This document shows, in pieces, positions 1 to 12,850 of a stretch of 64,000 bases of DNA. Below the pieces are notes generated by a model, which saw nothing but the letters and a program-made list of their open reading frames with translations, was not told the origin of the DNA and did not search any database. Numbering within the stretch: the stretch's first letter is position 1; each line of letters begins with the position of its first letter. This DNA comes from Pseudovirgaria hyperparasitica (taxonomy: Eukaryota). Location: NCBI GenBank assembly GCA_010093815.1, contig ML996570.1; one strand, 5' to 3'. The position numbers and the translations under genes are program-made.

Positions 1-411
1 CTGAGCAAAGTCGCCGCGCACCAATTGACCCTTTTCAGCTCCCTTGTCCGAATTGCACACGAGGATGGGATCCTTGCGCTATATCAGGGAGTAGGAGGGG
101 AAGTACTAAAAGGGTTCTTCTCTCATGGTCTGACCATGCTCATGAAGGAACGCATACATCTCGCAATCATACAGCTGTACTATCTGATTCTAAAGGCATT
201 GAAGAAATATCCCACCCCAGAACAAATGGCTGAATCGGCGAAAGAAGGTGCTCAAGCTGCTGCAACGAAGGGTCAAGAAATACTCCAGCAAGCGTCAGAG
301 TCGACGCAGGAAGCGCTTTCGAAAGGGAAAAAAGAAGTCGAGAATTTGTATGTTGAGAGCAAGGAGACTACGAAGAGTCTTTTGTGGGGCGTTGTTGATG
401 ACGATGAATAA
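1..411 (+). CDS. ANT1: Mitochondrial-carrier-family protein, most like peroxisomal adenine nucleotide transporter (3' partial)
   Basis: Frame open from base 1 to TAA at 409-411. The C-terminal carrier-repeat motif 'LVRIAHEDGILALYQGVGGEVLKGFFSHGLTMLMKE' is typical of Ant1-like carriers. Confidence 0.7.
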   Translation: MSKVAAHQLTLFSSLVRIAHEDGILALYQGVGGEVLKGFFSHGLTMLMKERIHLAIIQLYYLILKALKKYPTPEQMAESAKEGAQAAATKGQEILQQASESTQEALSKGKKEVENLYVESKETTKSLLWGVVDDDE

Positions 412-1051
412 TAAAATGGACAGGGATGGCTAAGGGATAATATTGGGTGTTCGGGAGTTAAAGAAATGTGATGGGAAGCTTCATGCGACAAATTCGCAGA
501 TATTTCGTTTGAGATACCAAAATGCAACCATTTGAGATTCAATAAATATGTTGCCTATTGCTGAGAAGTATTGAACACGAGGGTGACACGACTTATTGTT
601 GACTGCCTGATCACATGCGGCTTAAACTTAAATCCCTTGCCCTGACAACGCATGGACCAGGATCGTTAGTTTACGCCCAGCCCCCCTCGCCTCCCACCAC
701 AATATACGGAACAAGACTGAATCACGTCAAGCACTCCTACTCACCACACCACCAGGCAGGATACTAACAGCAGCAGTTACGACCACCGGACCGGACTTGG
801 ACATCAGGAAAACACGACCCACGACGCACCGCACGCCAGCAACACCCCCAGGACTCTATACAGATCGCGCCAGGACCCGCAACCCTCACCGACACATACA
901 GTTAATCCCACAACACGCTGCGCCGAGGGCCTTTCCCAATCGATAGGATATTAATTCAATCACGACTCTGGACATACTTCACCAAAGAGTCGCAAGCCCC
1001 TATACCACCACTGTGCGGAGCCCTGGGAGCCCGCGCACTTGAACGGCCGCC

Positions 1052-2803
1052 ATGACCTCTACCGAGGAGCCACCGTCTTCGCCTGCGTTGCATAGTGGCT
1101 CATCACTAGAGGAAGAACTAGCATACTACAAGTCACAGTACGAACAGCTTGAGCTAGAGCTCCAAGACTTCCAGGCCAGCAGTAAGGATCTTGAGGCGGA
1201 ACTGGAAAAAGATGTGGAGGCAAGCGAGAAAAGAGAGCGGCAGCTCAAGGAAAAGGTGGAGAGCTTGGGCTACGAGGTTGACGAGTGGAAGGCAAGTAAT
1301 TTGGAATAATCCTGTCATGTCAGACTGTAAATCTAACGAGTAGTGCAGACAAAGCACAAACAGTCCAAAGCTGAGGCGAATTCGGCACAGAACACGTTGC
1401 AGAAGGAGATCACAGCATTACGCGACAGCCAACGCACACTTCAGTTAAAGCTAAGAGATGTTGAAGTCGTGAATGACGACTTCGAGCGCCAAGCCAGGAA
1501 CACTAGCTCATCGTTGGAAGATGTAGAACAGAAGTACAATCAGGCTATAGAGCGTGGTGTGATGATGGAAGAGGAGCTCAAAGTCATGGAGCAGGAGCGT
1601 GAACAATTGCGCATAGAGACTCAACGGCTGCGCGATGAGCTCTCGGACTTGAGAATCGAAGCGGAAATCACCCACGAGAAGCTTCGGCACGCAGAGGAAA
1701 CAATTCAAAGACACCATGAGTCCAGATCGATTTTGCATTCGACGGATACCTTACGCCCGCCCTCTCCGATGTCCGAGGCATCGACCTCTGCCACCACGCT
1801 TTCTTCTCCCACAAATTCTACACCACCCTCGAAACTAGGGGCATCGATAAATGCACCCACGCCTCCTTCACCGCCTCTATCAGACGCCGCTCCTGTAGCC
1901 CATAAGCGCACTCCGACAACACCTGCGCCGATTCGAAAGCAGACCGTGGTCGATGCAAATGCAACACCAAGACCTGGATACTATAGCTCACGTGCCCCAC
2001 GTCACTCAAGAGGGCCTTCAATACCTGTTAGTGCGTCCGGACGCACAACGCCGTCAGTACCAGCATCAGTACCTCGACGAACAACAACATCAAGACCTAG
2101 CATGAGTCTACAGCCTGAACTCCCACGCTCTGGCTCCCTCATGCAGATTCGTGGGCTAACGGCAAGACTTCAGAAACTTGAGGAGCGTGTTCACACAACG
2201 AGATCCAAGCTTCCTGCACCAGTCAACACGCCGCCACGTGCATCGCCTCGCAATGGTTCGGCATTGGGGCATCACATCCCAACGACGGTCACTGTACGTA
2301 GTAACAGGAAACGTGCAAGTGGCAGTACAACGTCGTCTGTGGTGATAGGTGGTAATGGAGATACAGGCAGCCGGCAGTCCGTCTCGCGGCTCTCCTTTGG
2401 GATGCCTCAACGACCGCCGTCGGCGATGGACAGGACTACCGCGAGCAGCAGACCAAGCAGTCGGGCGAGCATCGGCGGCAGCCAACAACATGTCCGACCA
2501 AGTAGCAGGAGCAGCATGTCTGGCGCGAGGACACCACTCGGGCACTATCCATCAAGGCCCCGGTCAAGCATGTCATTAACAGCCGAAGACAAGGATATGG
2601 ACAGCGGCATTCCTACGCCAGTCGTACGTCGGACCACACTTGACAAGAATTCTACCGGTATTCCTACTCCCTCCGGACTCCCACGTCGGCAGAGCGGTGG
2701 CTTTCCTCCGGCTCGGCGGACCAGTGCTGCAGGGATCGAAGGCGATATGCCACCACCAGCAAGTCGCCATCGGAAACTGAGTGATCTTGGAGAGACTTAC
2801 TGA
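1052..2803 (+). CDS. nudE: Nuclear distribution protein NudE/NDEL1 (dynein regulator), 2 exons, about 564 aa
   Basis: N-terminal coiled coil '[30 protein letters not shown]...[12 protein letters not shown]' followed by a Ser/Pro-rich tail. Exons 1052-1291 and 1349-2803 are joined by a GC-AG intron 1292-1348 (AAG|GCAAGT...CTAAC...CAG). Confidence 0.93.
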
Positions 2804-4791
2804 TGGTGTTTGGAATTGTTGATGTTGAAAGGCTTACGAACTGGTATATTAATGAACGGCTTACGAGCGTTTGGGGAAGATGGATAGATGGGGCGAGTGG
2901 GAGTTTGGGTTGAGGACCAGATCAAAACATCTGCAACTCACTCCACGAACTTGTTTTACGTGTGAGGCGCTTCGCAACGAATTGATACCACTGAACGGAG
3001 ACTCATCCAATCCGCTTTCATATGACATGACCTTTTATTTGTTGAACAACGAGATTTAGTCAGCGTCTGATGTGACATATCGCGCACGCTCCTTTGGACG
3101 AACCTATCCGGGTCTGGGGTGGAGTACAAGGCTGACTGACCATGGAGGATGACAAGGCCCGACAGGGTTGCGGTTCAAGTAGGGAACGGGGACGGGTGAA
3201 TAGTGGAGCTAGAATTCCCGTGACATGACCCAACATTGAGTGGTAGCAAATTAGCAAGCGTAAAAACGTATTAGACCTATCCACTTCATCAGAGATGAGA
3301 GTAAATCAGCAAGCTCTCAAGTCGAATGATACCTATACACCTCATCAGAGGTAATTAGCCATGTTGGAACAAGCATACAAATCTCGATCTCCGCCCGTCC
3401 CAACCAGACCTGCCTTCGAGCTTAAGCATCGCCAGGTGGCCAGACACCCTCACTGCCAGCTCTGGGCCTTGAGAATTTATCCAACTATGCCGATGTTAGG
3501 CACCACCATCGCACCTTTCAGTGTCGGAGATGTCTCATTATCACTCGGCATCGGGGAGCGGACTCCGCAATATGCCTTGGAGAGCCGACACCGTGTCCGA
3601 CGTCTCGGGGTAGGTGTAAGGCGGAGTAAAACTGTAGTGACACCCGACAGCGATTATTGACTGCTGGACTCGGCACCACAGACAAGACAAGGGACACTCG
3701 TAACTCGTGTTCTCCAATCTCTCTCTATCGAGGGGATCGATTGCTGCTAGCTGGTAGCATCGAAGAGTAGACGGGCGATCGGCGTAGCCTGCCGCTGGCT
3801 AATGCGACGTCATATTTAGCAGGGAGTCAATGTCAAGCAGACAGCCTTAACGAGACGGCGGGCCCCCAACGCTCGCCAGCGGCAGGTGTTGATCTTTGCT
3901 ACCGTCGTCCCATCAAGTGTATTGTGTACTCTGTCCAACACCAGCACCGCTTCATCTTCGCGACGGTGTATAGCGTGTCGTCATGGCGACTCACTTGCGG
4001 AGGATTCTAAAGACGAAATTAGTCGCGTAGATATGAATGGAGTGGCTCAGTCAGGGCGCTCTGCTATGCTGAGTATACTCGGTGCCAGAGGAGCATCAAC
4101 AAAGTTGGGACACAGCAGGGACCTGTGACGCCAACCGGGAAATATTTTGGGGTAAATTTCAGGGCTCTGCAGTTCTTTCGAGTCGTCCGGGTACTGCACT
4201 GGCCACTCTGGGGAGCTAGCGTGCTAGTCTAGCCTCTTTGGGCATCGCAAGACCCACCCACGCTCAACAGCTCCATGCTGAGGAAGCTCTGTGTTTCTCC
4301 CAAAGATTCTATTCATAATAATAATAATCTTTTCTCGCGCTCCTCCGCAACCTTCAACTGTCTCGCTCTACATCCTCATCCTACTCTCCATACTCTGCCT
4401 CATATCTCACCTCTCGTCCTGTCGATTAATCGCACCTCCCAGCCTCTCCTCTACAAAGAAACTACGTCTCGGCGTTAGCAAAAGGATCCCCGGCCTTTTC
4501 TGCGCTACCGGACACTCCTGCGATTTTTTGGGGATAAAGTGTTGTCTTCTTCACAACCTCACTCCGAACTTTTTAGAGATCCCGTCCCGAGGATCCCTTT
4601 GTATCTCATACTATACTACGCTATAGGCGCACTTTACAATTCTTGTAATCGCCTGTACAGAGTCTGTCAGACGCCTCATCTGATCATAATCGGGTCCCAG
4701 CTCTCCGCCCGGCCCCCGTAACTCAACAAATCACGCCTCCCTCGAACTTCTTTTCTTTCACTTTCTCAGTCAGCGAGCTCTCTACATCACA

Positions 4792-7700
4792 ATGGCGCAA
4801 GCCAACGGACACTCGAATGGCTATCCCAGTGCTAATGCCGCAAGATACGACCTCCCCGCTCACTTCATCGGCGGCAGCCATCTTGGTGTCGCCAGACCGA
4901 GCAAAGTCAGAGAATTCGTGGCTGCGAACGGCGGCCACACTGTCATCACAAATGTGAGTAGCAGAACGGATCCGAGGTTTCCCACGAGACCGAAACAATG
5001 GTTGTGCTGTGGATGTTAACGAATGTTCTAGGTACTAATCGCAAATAACGGTATTGCGGCGGTCAAAGAAATCCGCAGTGTCAGAAAATGGGCATACGAG
5101 ACATTTGGCGACGAGCGAGCTATTCAATTCACAGTTATGGCTACACCAGAAGATTTACAAGCCAATGCAGACTACATTCGCATGGCTGACCAATATGTTG
5201 AAGTAGGTCGAAAATGCAGCAAAGCACAGAGCATTACCAGACATGCGCAGAGTGGATGACTGACATTGAGCTCTAGGTTCCTGGTGGGACCAACAACAAC
5301 AACTACGCCAATGTCGACTTGATTGTCGATGTTGCTGAACGCATGGGTGTACACGCCGTGTGGGCTGGATGGTGAGTTTTTGTCGATATTTGTGCCTGTA
5401 GCATCACTGATGGAAACTCTAGGGGTCACGCATCTGAAAATCCGAAACTTCCTGAATCTCTCGCCGCATCGCCAAACAAGATTGTGTTCATCGGTCCTCC
5501 GGGATCAGCGATGCGATCTCTGGGTGACAAGATCTCGTCCACTATAGTTGCACAGCACGCCGGTGTGCCGTGTATACCCTGGTCGGGCGAAGGCGTCAAG
5601 GAGGTCGAGATCGACGACAAGAACATCGTCACGGTCCCAGATCACGTTTACGACAAGGGTTGCACACATTCTCCCGAAGAAGGTTTGGCAATGGCTAAGA
5701 AGATCGGCTTCCCGGTCATGGTCAAGGCTTCAGAAGGAGGTGGTGGCAAGGGTATCCGCAAGGTCGAGGACGAAAAGTCTTTCCATGAGCTGTACCGTGC
5801 AGCCGCAAGCGAAATCCCCGGTTCACCCATATTCATCATGAAACTCGCTGGAAACGCGAGACATTTGGAAGTGCAATTGTTGGCCGACCAGTACGGAAAC
5901 AACATTTCTTTGTTCGGTCGAGACTGCTCGGTGCAACGACGTCACCAAAAAATTATCGAGGAGGCCCCGGTCACAATTGCTGGCCCCGAAACTTTCCAGG
6001 CTATGGAGCGTGCCGCTGTCTCGCTCGGAAAACTGGTCGGCTATGTCTCTGCTGGAACCGTCGAATACCTGTATTCCCACTCCGATGACAAATTCTACTT
6101 CCTAGAACTTAACCCGCGTCTTCAAGTCGAGCATCCGACAACAGAGATGGTTAGCGGTGTCAACCTACCCGCGGCTCAGCTACAGATTGCCATGGGTCTG
6201 CCACTTCATAGAATCAGGGACATCCGAACACTCTACGGCGTGGATCCACACGCTGATACTGAGATCGACTTTGATTTCAGCAAGGAAGGTAGTGAGGTGA
6301 ACTACCGCAGACCAAAGCCAAAGGGTCACACGACAGCTTGTCGTATCACATCCGAGGACCCCGGTGAAGGTTTCAAGCCATCCAGCGGCACTATGCACGA
6401 ACTAAACTTCAGGAGTAGTTCTAATGTTTGGGGCTACTTCTCTGTCAGTTCGGCGAGTAGTATCCACAGCTTCTCGGACAGTCAATTTGGTCACATTTTC
6501 GCTTATGGTGAGAACCGAACAGCCTCGCGAAAACACATGGTCATCGCGCTGAAAGAATTGAGCATTCGCGGTGACTTCAGGACGACCGTCGAATACCTAA
6601 TTAAGCTTCTTGAGACTCCGGCTTTCGAGGACAACACTATTACGACGGGCTGGTTGGATGAACTCATCACCAAAAGACTTACTGCAGAACGCCCAGATCC
6701 TATGGTGGCCGTCATTTGTGGTGCTGTAACGAAAGCTCATGTTGCAAGTGACGCGTGTATGTCAGACTACCGTGCCAGCCTAGAGAAAGGTCAGGTTCCA
6801 CCCAAGGACTTCTTGAAGACTGTATTCCCGGTCGACTTCATTTACGAAGGCAACCGCTACAAATTTACTGTTACTAAATCCAGCGCGGACAGCTACACGC
6901 TTTTCATCAACGGCTCGAAGGCGCAAGTCGGTGTGCGAGCTTTGGCAGATGGCGGTCTTCTGATTCTGCTGAGCGGCAAGAGTCACAATGTATACTGGAA
7001 GGAAGAAGTCGGCGCTACGCGTATTAGTGTGGACAGCAAGACCTGCTTGCTCGAGCAAGAAAACGATCCAACCCAACTCCGCACTCCTAGCCCTGGTAAG
7101 CTAGTCAAGTTCACCGTGGACAACGGTGCACATGTGAGCAAAGGTTCGGCCTTCGCCGAAGTTGAGGTCATGAAGATGTACATGCCTCTCATTGCTCAAG
7201 AGGATGGTGTTGTGAATCTTATCAAGCAGCCGGGAGCAACGCTCGAAGCTGGAGATATTCTCGGTATACTCGCTCTGGATGACCCAAGCAAAGTCAAATC
7301 CGCACAGCCCTTCTTGGGCCACCTTCCCGATCTCGGTCCACCACAAGTCATGGGTAGCAAACCTCCCCAACGATTCGTATACCTTTTCGGAGTATTGCAA
7401 CACATCCTAGAAGGATTCGATAACCAGGTCATCATGAAAGATTCTTTAGAAGAGCTGATCGAAGTGCTCCGCAACCCAGAGCTCCCATACGGAGAATGGA
7501 ATTCGCAAGCTTCTGCTCTGCATGCTCGTATGCCGCAGAAGCTTGACCAGTCCCTGGCTCAGATTGTCGAGCGTGCGCACCAAAGAGGTCTCGAGTTTCC
7601 GGCTAAGGCCCTCACGAAATGTTTCAACAAGTTCCTAGAAGAGAGTGTCTCCTCAGGTGATCGCGACATCCTGCGATCCGCTTTGGCTCCCTTGGTTGAA

Positions 7701-10700
7701 GTGATGAAGAACTACACCGAGGGTCTCAAGCACCACGAGCACGACGTGATGATAAGTCTTCTCATGCACTACTACAATGTTGAGAAGCAATTCTCATCCC
7801 GTGACTCTCGCGATGAAGAGGTCGTCCTAGCACTTAGAGATTCCAACAGGGATAATCTGGGTATGGTTGTGCAAACTATCTTATCGCATACTCGATGCTC
7901 CGCGAAGAACAATCTCATAGTTGCCATCCTCGATGTTTACCGACCTAACAGGCCTAATGTTGGCAACGTCGCAAAGAACTTCAAGAGCACGTTGCAGAAA
8001 CTCACTGAGCTTGATTCCAAGCCCACTTCTAGAGTATCTCTCAAGGCCCGCGAGCTGCTTATCCAGTGCGCTATGCCTTCGCTCGAGGAGCGCACGTCGC
8101 AGATGGAGCACATTCTCCGGTCTTCGGTTATCGAATCGAAGTATGGTGAAAGCGGCTGGGATCATCGCGAGCCCATGTTCGAAATCCTCAAAGAAGTTGT
8201 CGATTCCAGATTTACGGTATTCGATGTCCTACCTCAGTTCTTCGCGCATAAGGACCCATGGGTTGCCTTGGCGGCTCTGGAGGTCTACACCCGCCGAGCA
8301 TATCGTGCCTACCAGCTGAGAGCTATCCACTACAAGACGGAAGGAGAAGCACCCTTCATTCTATCCTGGGACTTCGCTTTGCGCAAGGTTGGCGAGTCTG
8401 ACTTCGGCTTACCAGTCGAATCATCACACCCGTCGACACCTAGTACTCCACTAGGAAATGATGGGTTCAAGCGTATGTCATCGTTTAGCGATCTTAGCTA
8501 CATGAATCGTCGCGGCGAAGAGGAACCCAGCCGCAAGGGTGCCGTGGTCCCGGTCGAGTTCCTAGACGATGCTGAGGAGTACCTCGCCCGCGCTCTTGAA
8601 GTCTTCCCTTCCGTCCGGACACGAAAACCAAGTGGACCTGCTGCTCCCCTCACTGACCCTGCCAAAGCGCGTCGGCCTGCTCCAACTCCTCAGATTGATA
8701 CATCAACTGACGAGCTAACGAACGTTTGTAATGTCGCTGTCCGTGATGCCGAGAGCTACGACGACAAGGAGATACTGGCTCGTATCACATCCATTGTCAA
8801 TGACTACAAGGAAGAACTCCTCGCTCGTCGCATTCGACGTCTCACATTCATCTGCGGTCACAAGGATGGTACTTACCCTGGATACTACACATTCAGAGGC
8901 CCCAGATACGAGGAGGATGCCAGTATCCGTCACATCGAGCCTGCCTTGGCCTTCCAGCTCGAACTCGGACGTCTTTCCAAGTTCAACATCAAGCCGGTAT
9001 TCACCGAGAACAGAAATATTCACATTTACGAGGCTATCGGCAAAGGTGTAGAGAACGACAAGAGGTACTTCACCAGAGCTGTCGTACGATCTGGTCGGCT
9101 TCGAGAAGACATTCCACCGTTGGAATACATGGGATCCGAGGCCGACAGATTGATGAGCGACATTCTCGATGCCATGGAAATTATTGGCAACAACAACTCG
9201 GACATGAACCATATCTTCATCAACTTTTCTACCATACTTCCAATCGAGCCTAGCCAACTAGAGGAGGCTCTGGCAGGATTTTTGGAGCGCTTCGGTCGAC
9301 GACTGTGGAGACTTCGCATTACGGGTGCCGAGCTCCGCATTGTCTGCCAAGATGCAAACACAGGAGAAGCCTACCCGATCCGTGTCATTATCAGCAACAC
9401 CTCCGGTTACATTGTCCAGGTCGAGCTATACGCAGAGCGCAAGTCTGACAAAGGAAAGCAATGGCTATTCTACAGCATCAACGCTGCTAAGCCCGGATCC
9501 ATGCATCTATTACCCGTGGCTACTCCATATCCTACGAAGGGAGCTTTGCAACCCAAGCGTTACAAGGCCCACGTCATGGGTACGCAGTACGTCTACGATT
9601 TCCCCGAGCTGTTCCGCCAAGCCGTTGAGAATAGCTGGAATCAAGTCGTCGCCAAACACCCCGGTCTCAAGTCAAGCCAGCCAAAGAAGGGAGAGTGTAT
9701 CGAGTACAATGAGCTTGTTCTGGACGACACTGATAACCTTGCTGAAGTCAGTCGCGATCCAGGCACCAACTCCATTGGTATGGTCGGATGGATGGTGACT
9801 GCGAGGACTCCGGAGTACCCTCGTGGCCGCAAGTTCATTATCATTGCCAATGACATCACCTTTAAGATTGGTTCGTTTGGTCCTTTAGAGGACAAGTTCT
9901 TCCACAAGTGCTCAGAGCTTGCCAGAAAACTAGGAATACCGCGAATCTATCTTTCTGCAAATTCTGGTGCACGTCTTGGAATGGCCGAGGAGCTCATTCC
10001 CCACTTCTCTGTGGCTTGGAACGACCCTGAAAACCCGCAAGCTGGGTTCAAGTACCTCTATCTGACACCCGAAAAGAAGGCGCACTTCGAGGAGGCTAAG
10101 AGAAATGTTGTCATCACCGAGAAAGTGGTCGAAGACGGTGAAGTACGCCACAAGATCACCACTATCGTCGGAGCTGAGAGCGGTCTTGGTGTCGAGTGCT
10201 TGAGTGGATCCGGTCTCATCGCTGGTGCTACTTCTCGCGCTTACGAGGACATCTTCACAGTCTCCCTCGTTACTTGCAGATCCGTAGGTATTGGCGCATA
10301 CCTCGTCCGCCTTGGACAGCGTGCTGTCCAAATCGAGGGCCAGCCCATCATCCTCACTGGTGCTCAAGCCATCAACAAACTCCTTGGCCGACCAGTGTAT
10401 ACGTCGAACTTACAACTTGGTGGAACACAGATTATGTACAAGAACGGTGTCTCTCATCTCACAGCTGCGGATGACTTCGAGGGTGTGTCGAAGATTGTTC
10501 ACTGGATGTCGTTCGTACCGGACAAGAAGGGCAATCCGGTACCAATCTCGCCATCCATTGACAACTGGGACCGTGACATCACCTTTTTCCCGCCACAAAA
10601 GCAACCTTACGATGTGAGACATCTGATCGCCGGCAAGCCAGATGATGAAGGTTTCCTTTCAGGCCTCTTCGACAAGGACTCCTTCGAGGAGACTCTAGGT

Positions 10701-11801
10701 GGATGGGCCCGCACTGTCGTCGTTGGTCGCGCTCGTCTTGGTGGCATTCCGATGGGTGTCATTGCTGTTGAGACACGTTCTGTTGAGAACGTAACGCCAG
10801 CTGACCCTGCCAACCCTGACTCCATCGAGCAAGTCGCTTCTGAGGCCGGTGGTGTCTGGTACCCCAACTCCGCTTTCAAAACCGCTCAAGCACTCAAGGA
10901 CTTCAACAACGGAGAACAACTCCCATTGATGATTCTGGCCAACTGGAGAGGTTTCTCTGGTGGTCAGCGTGATATGTACAACGAGGTCTTGAAATATGGT
11001 TCCTACATTGTCGATGGTCTCGTGAAGTACGAGCAACCAGTTTTCATCTATATTCCACCATTCGGTGAACTTCGTGGAGGCTCATGGGTCGTGGTTGATC
11101 CTACGATCAATCCACAGATGATGGAGATGTATGCCGACGAGGATTCCCGAGGTGGTGTCCTTGAACCAGAAGGTATCGTCGGCATTAAGTACCGTAAGGA
11201 CCGACAACTGGAGACGATGGCTCGTCTTGACCCTATATACGGCGAATTGAGAGAGAAGCTCACCAAAAACAACCTCCCTCAGGAAGAAGCCGCGAAGCTC
11301 AAGGCCAAGATGACCCAGCGTGAAGAACTCCTTCTTCCAGTCTACGGTCAGATCAGTATTCAGTTCGCCGACTTGCACGATCGCGCCGGCCGCATGCATG
11401 CCGTCGGTGCGATCCGCCAACCGCTGCGCTGGCAGAACGCTCGCCGCTTCTTCTACTGGCGTTGTCGACGTCGTCTCAATGAGGAATATATCCTCAAGCG
11501 GATGGCCGCAGCTGCACCGGCCGACCTTACCAGTCGTGGCAACAACCTCGCACACCTCAAGGCGTGGTCTGCCGTGGCGGACTTTGACAACGACGATATG
11601 TCGGTCGCGATCTGGTACGAGGAGAACCGCAAGGAAGTTAATGCTAAGGTGGATAGCATCAAGAAGGATGGTGTAGCGAATGAGGTGTCGGCGCTGTTGC
11701 GCAAGGACAAAGACAGTGCGCTGAAGGGTGTTGCACAAGCTTTGAGTGTGTTGCCAACAGCAGAAAAGGAGGAATTGTTGAAGATGCTACAAAAAGCATA
11801 G
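4792..11801 (+). CDS. ACC1: Acetyl-CoA carboxylase, 4 exons, about 2268 aa
   Basis: Exons 4792-4953, 5032-5202, 5277-5371 and 5423-11801 with canonical introns. Biotin carboxylase motifs ([35 protein letters not shown]), biotin-attachment motif EVMKM, carboxyltransferase motifs ([16 protein letters not shown]) and a Snf1-type phosphosite region RMSSFSDLS. Confidence 0.98.
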
Positions 11802-12177
11802 ACAAGACGATGAAAATCCAACTCTGAAGTGTTGTTGCGGCTAGCGAAGTTGATAGGATTCGGGACCCTAGAGACGGACCTGGACACAAGGCGCTGAGAC
11901 ATGGTATCATGTGTAATTAGTAGATCTTTTTATTCTGCATTCCTGTTGCGTTTGGACGGATGTCAAGGGACTTATGAGGATACGTCCTGGAATCTGACTT
12001 ATGTTTGTATTTAGCATGTAATTCTTCTCATTTTCAATGCTTGTTTTATTCGAATCTATATTTGATATTCGCATAGACTATAAAGCTTCTCGTCTACATC
12101 CGTTAGGCTACTACAATACCTGCTCTCCCTAATTGCACAAGTTTTCTTAAACTACGCCATGCATGGCTACTACCGTA

Positions 12178-12850
12178 TCACAGCTGGTTCTTGCTTGTAC
12201 TTCCAACTTCCAAGAGTTCCGAGTCTGGATGTGGTGCATAGTCATATCCGTGACATTCTAGAACTGAGGTTGGGCGAATGACCAAACGCTCAAGCTTAAC
12301 CTCAACTCTCTTTTTCTTGTTGGGGTTCAGTACAACTCCATCCCCCTCCTTCCCATATTCCAATGTCACTTACATACATCAAACCGCGCGGGGGCAGCCA
12401 AGCTGTCCATCGTGGCAAGGAGACCCTCCTTCCATCACCGGAGTCGAGTCAACCCAGATCCCCTGAGGTGTCGGCGAGAAGATATACATTCGATCACTAC
12501 ACCCAGTCTTCTTAGGAAGTCCAGTAGGTGGAAACTTTTTGCTAATGTAGTCATGATTTATAGCAAGTATGGATGCTGATGATTGTGCTGGTGTATTTGA
12601 GGTTTAAGGTGGGGAGTTCTGGTTTGTACCCTTTGGGAGGTGTGGGGGGGAGGATTTGTGGATACGGAGATGGGGGTGCTGTGGTATGATGAGTTCTGCT
12701 ATGGGTGTACGTGGATGTACTCTCCGCTCAGTTGCGTTTTTGACGCCGTGTAATGCTGCAGAGTTGTCATGGCTACTGGTGCTTTGATGGGCGAGTGTAG
12801 CATCTCTGGCATACTCTACTTTTCTGGATAGTAGTTGTGTATGAGGGTTT
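12178..12850 (-). pseudogene. Possible degraded coding remnant (unidentified)
   Basis: Several protein-like minus-strand stretches of about 30-80 codons interrupted by stops and frameshifts, e.g. 'KFPPTGLPKKTGCSDRMYIFSPTPQGIWVD...*CM*VTLEYGKEGDGVVLNPNKKKRVEVKLERLVIRP'. No family recognised. Confidence 0.25.

Noticed and set aside
4690..4791. Non-AUG N-terminal extension of ACC1 producing a mitochondrial isoform (as for yeast HFA1)
   Set aside because: In-frame stops at 4681 and 4687 leave only 34 codons, which are not presequence-like.
5548..11910. Many antisense and alternate-frame ORFs within ACC1, and likewise within the GTPase, MFS and Gyp2 genes
   Set aside because: These are shadows of biased codon usage in real genes, with no recognisable motifs or splice support.
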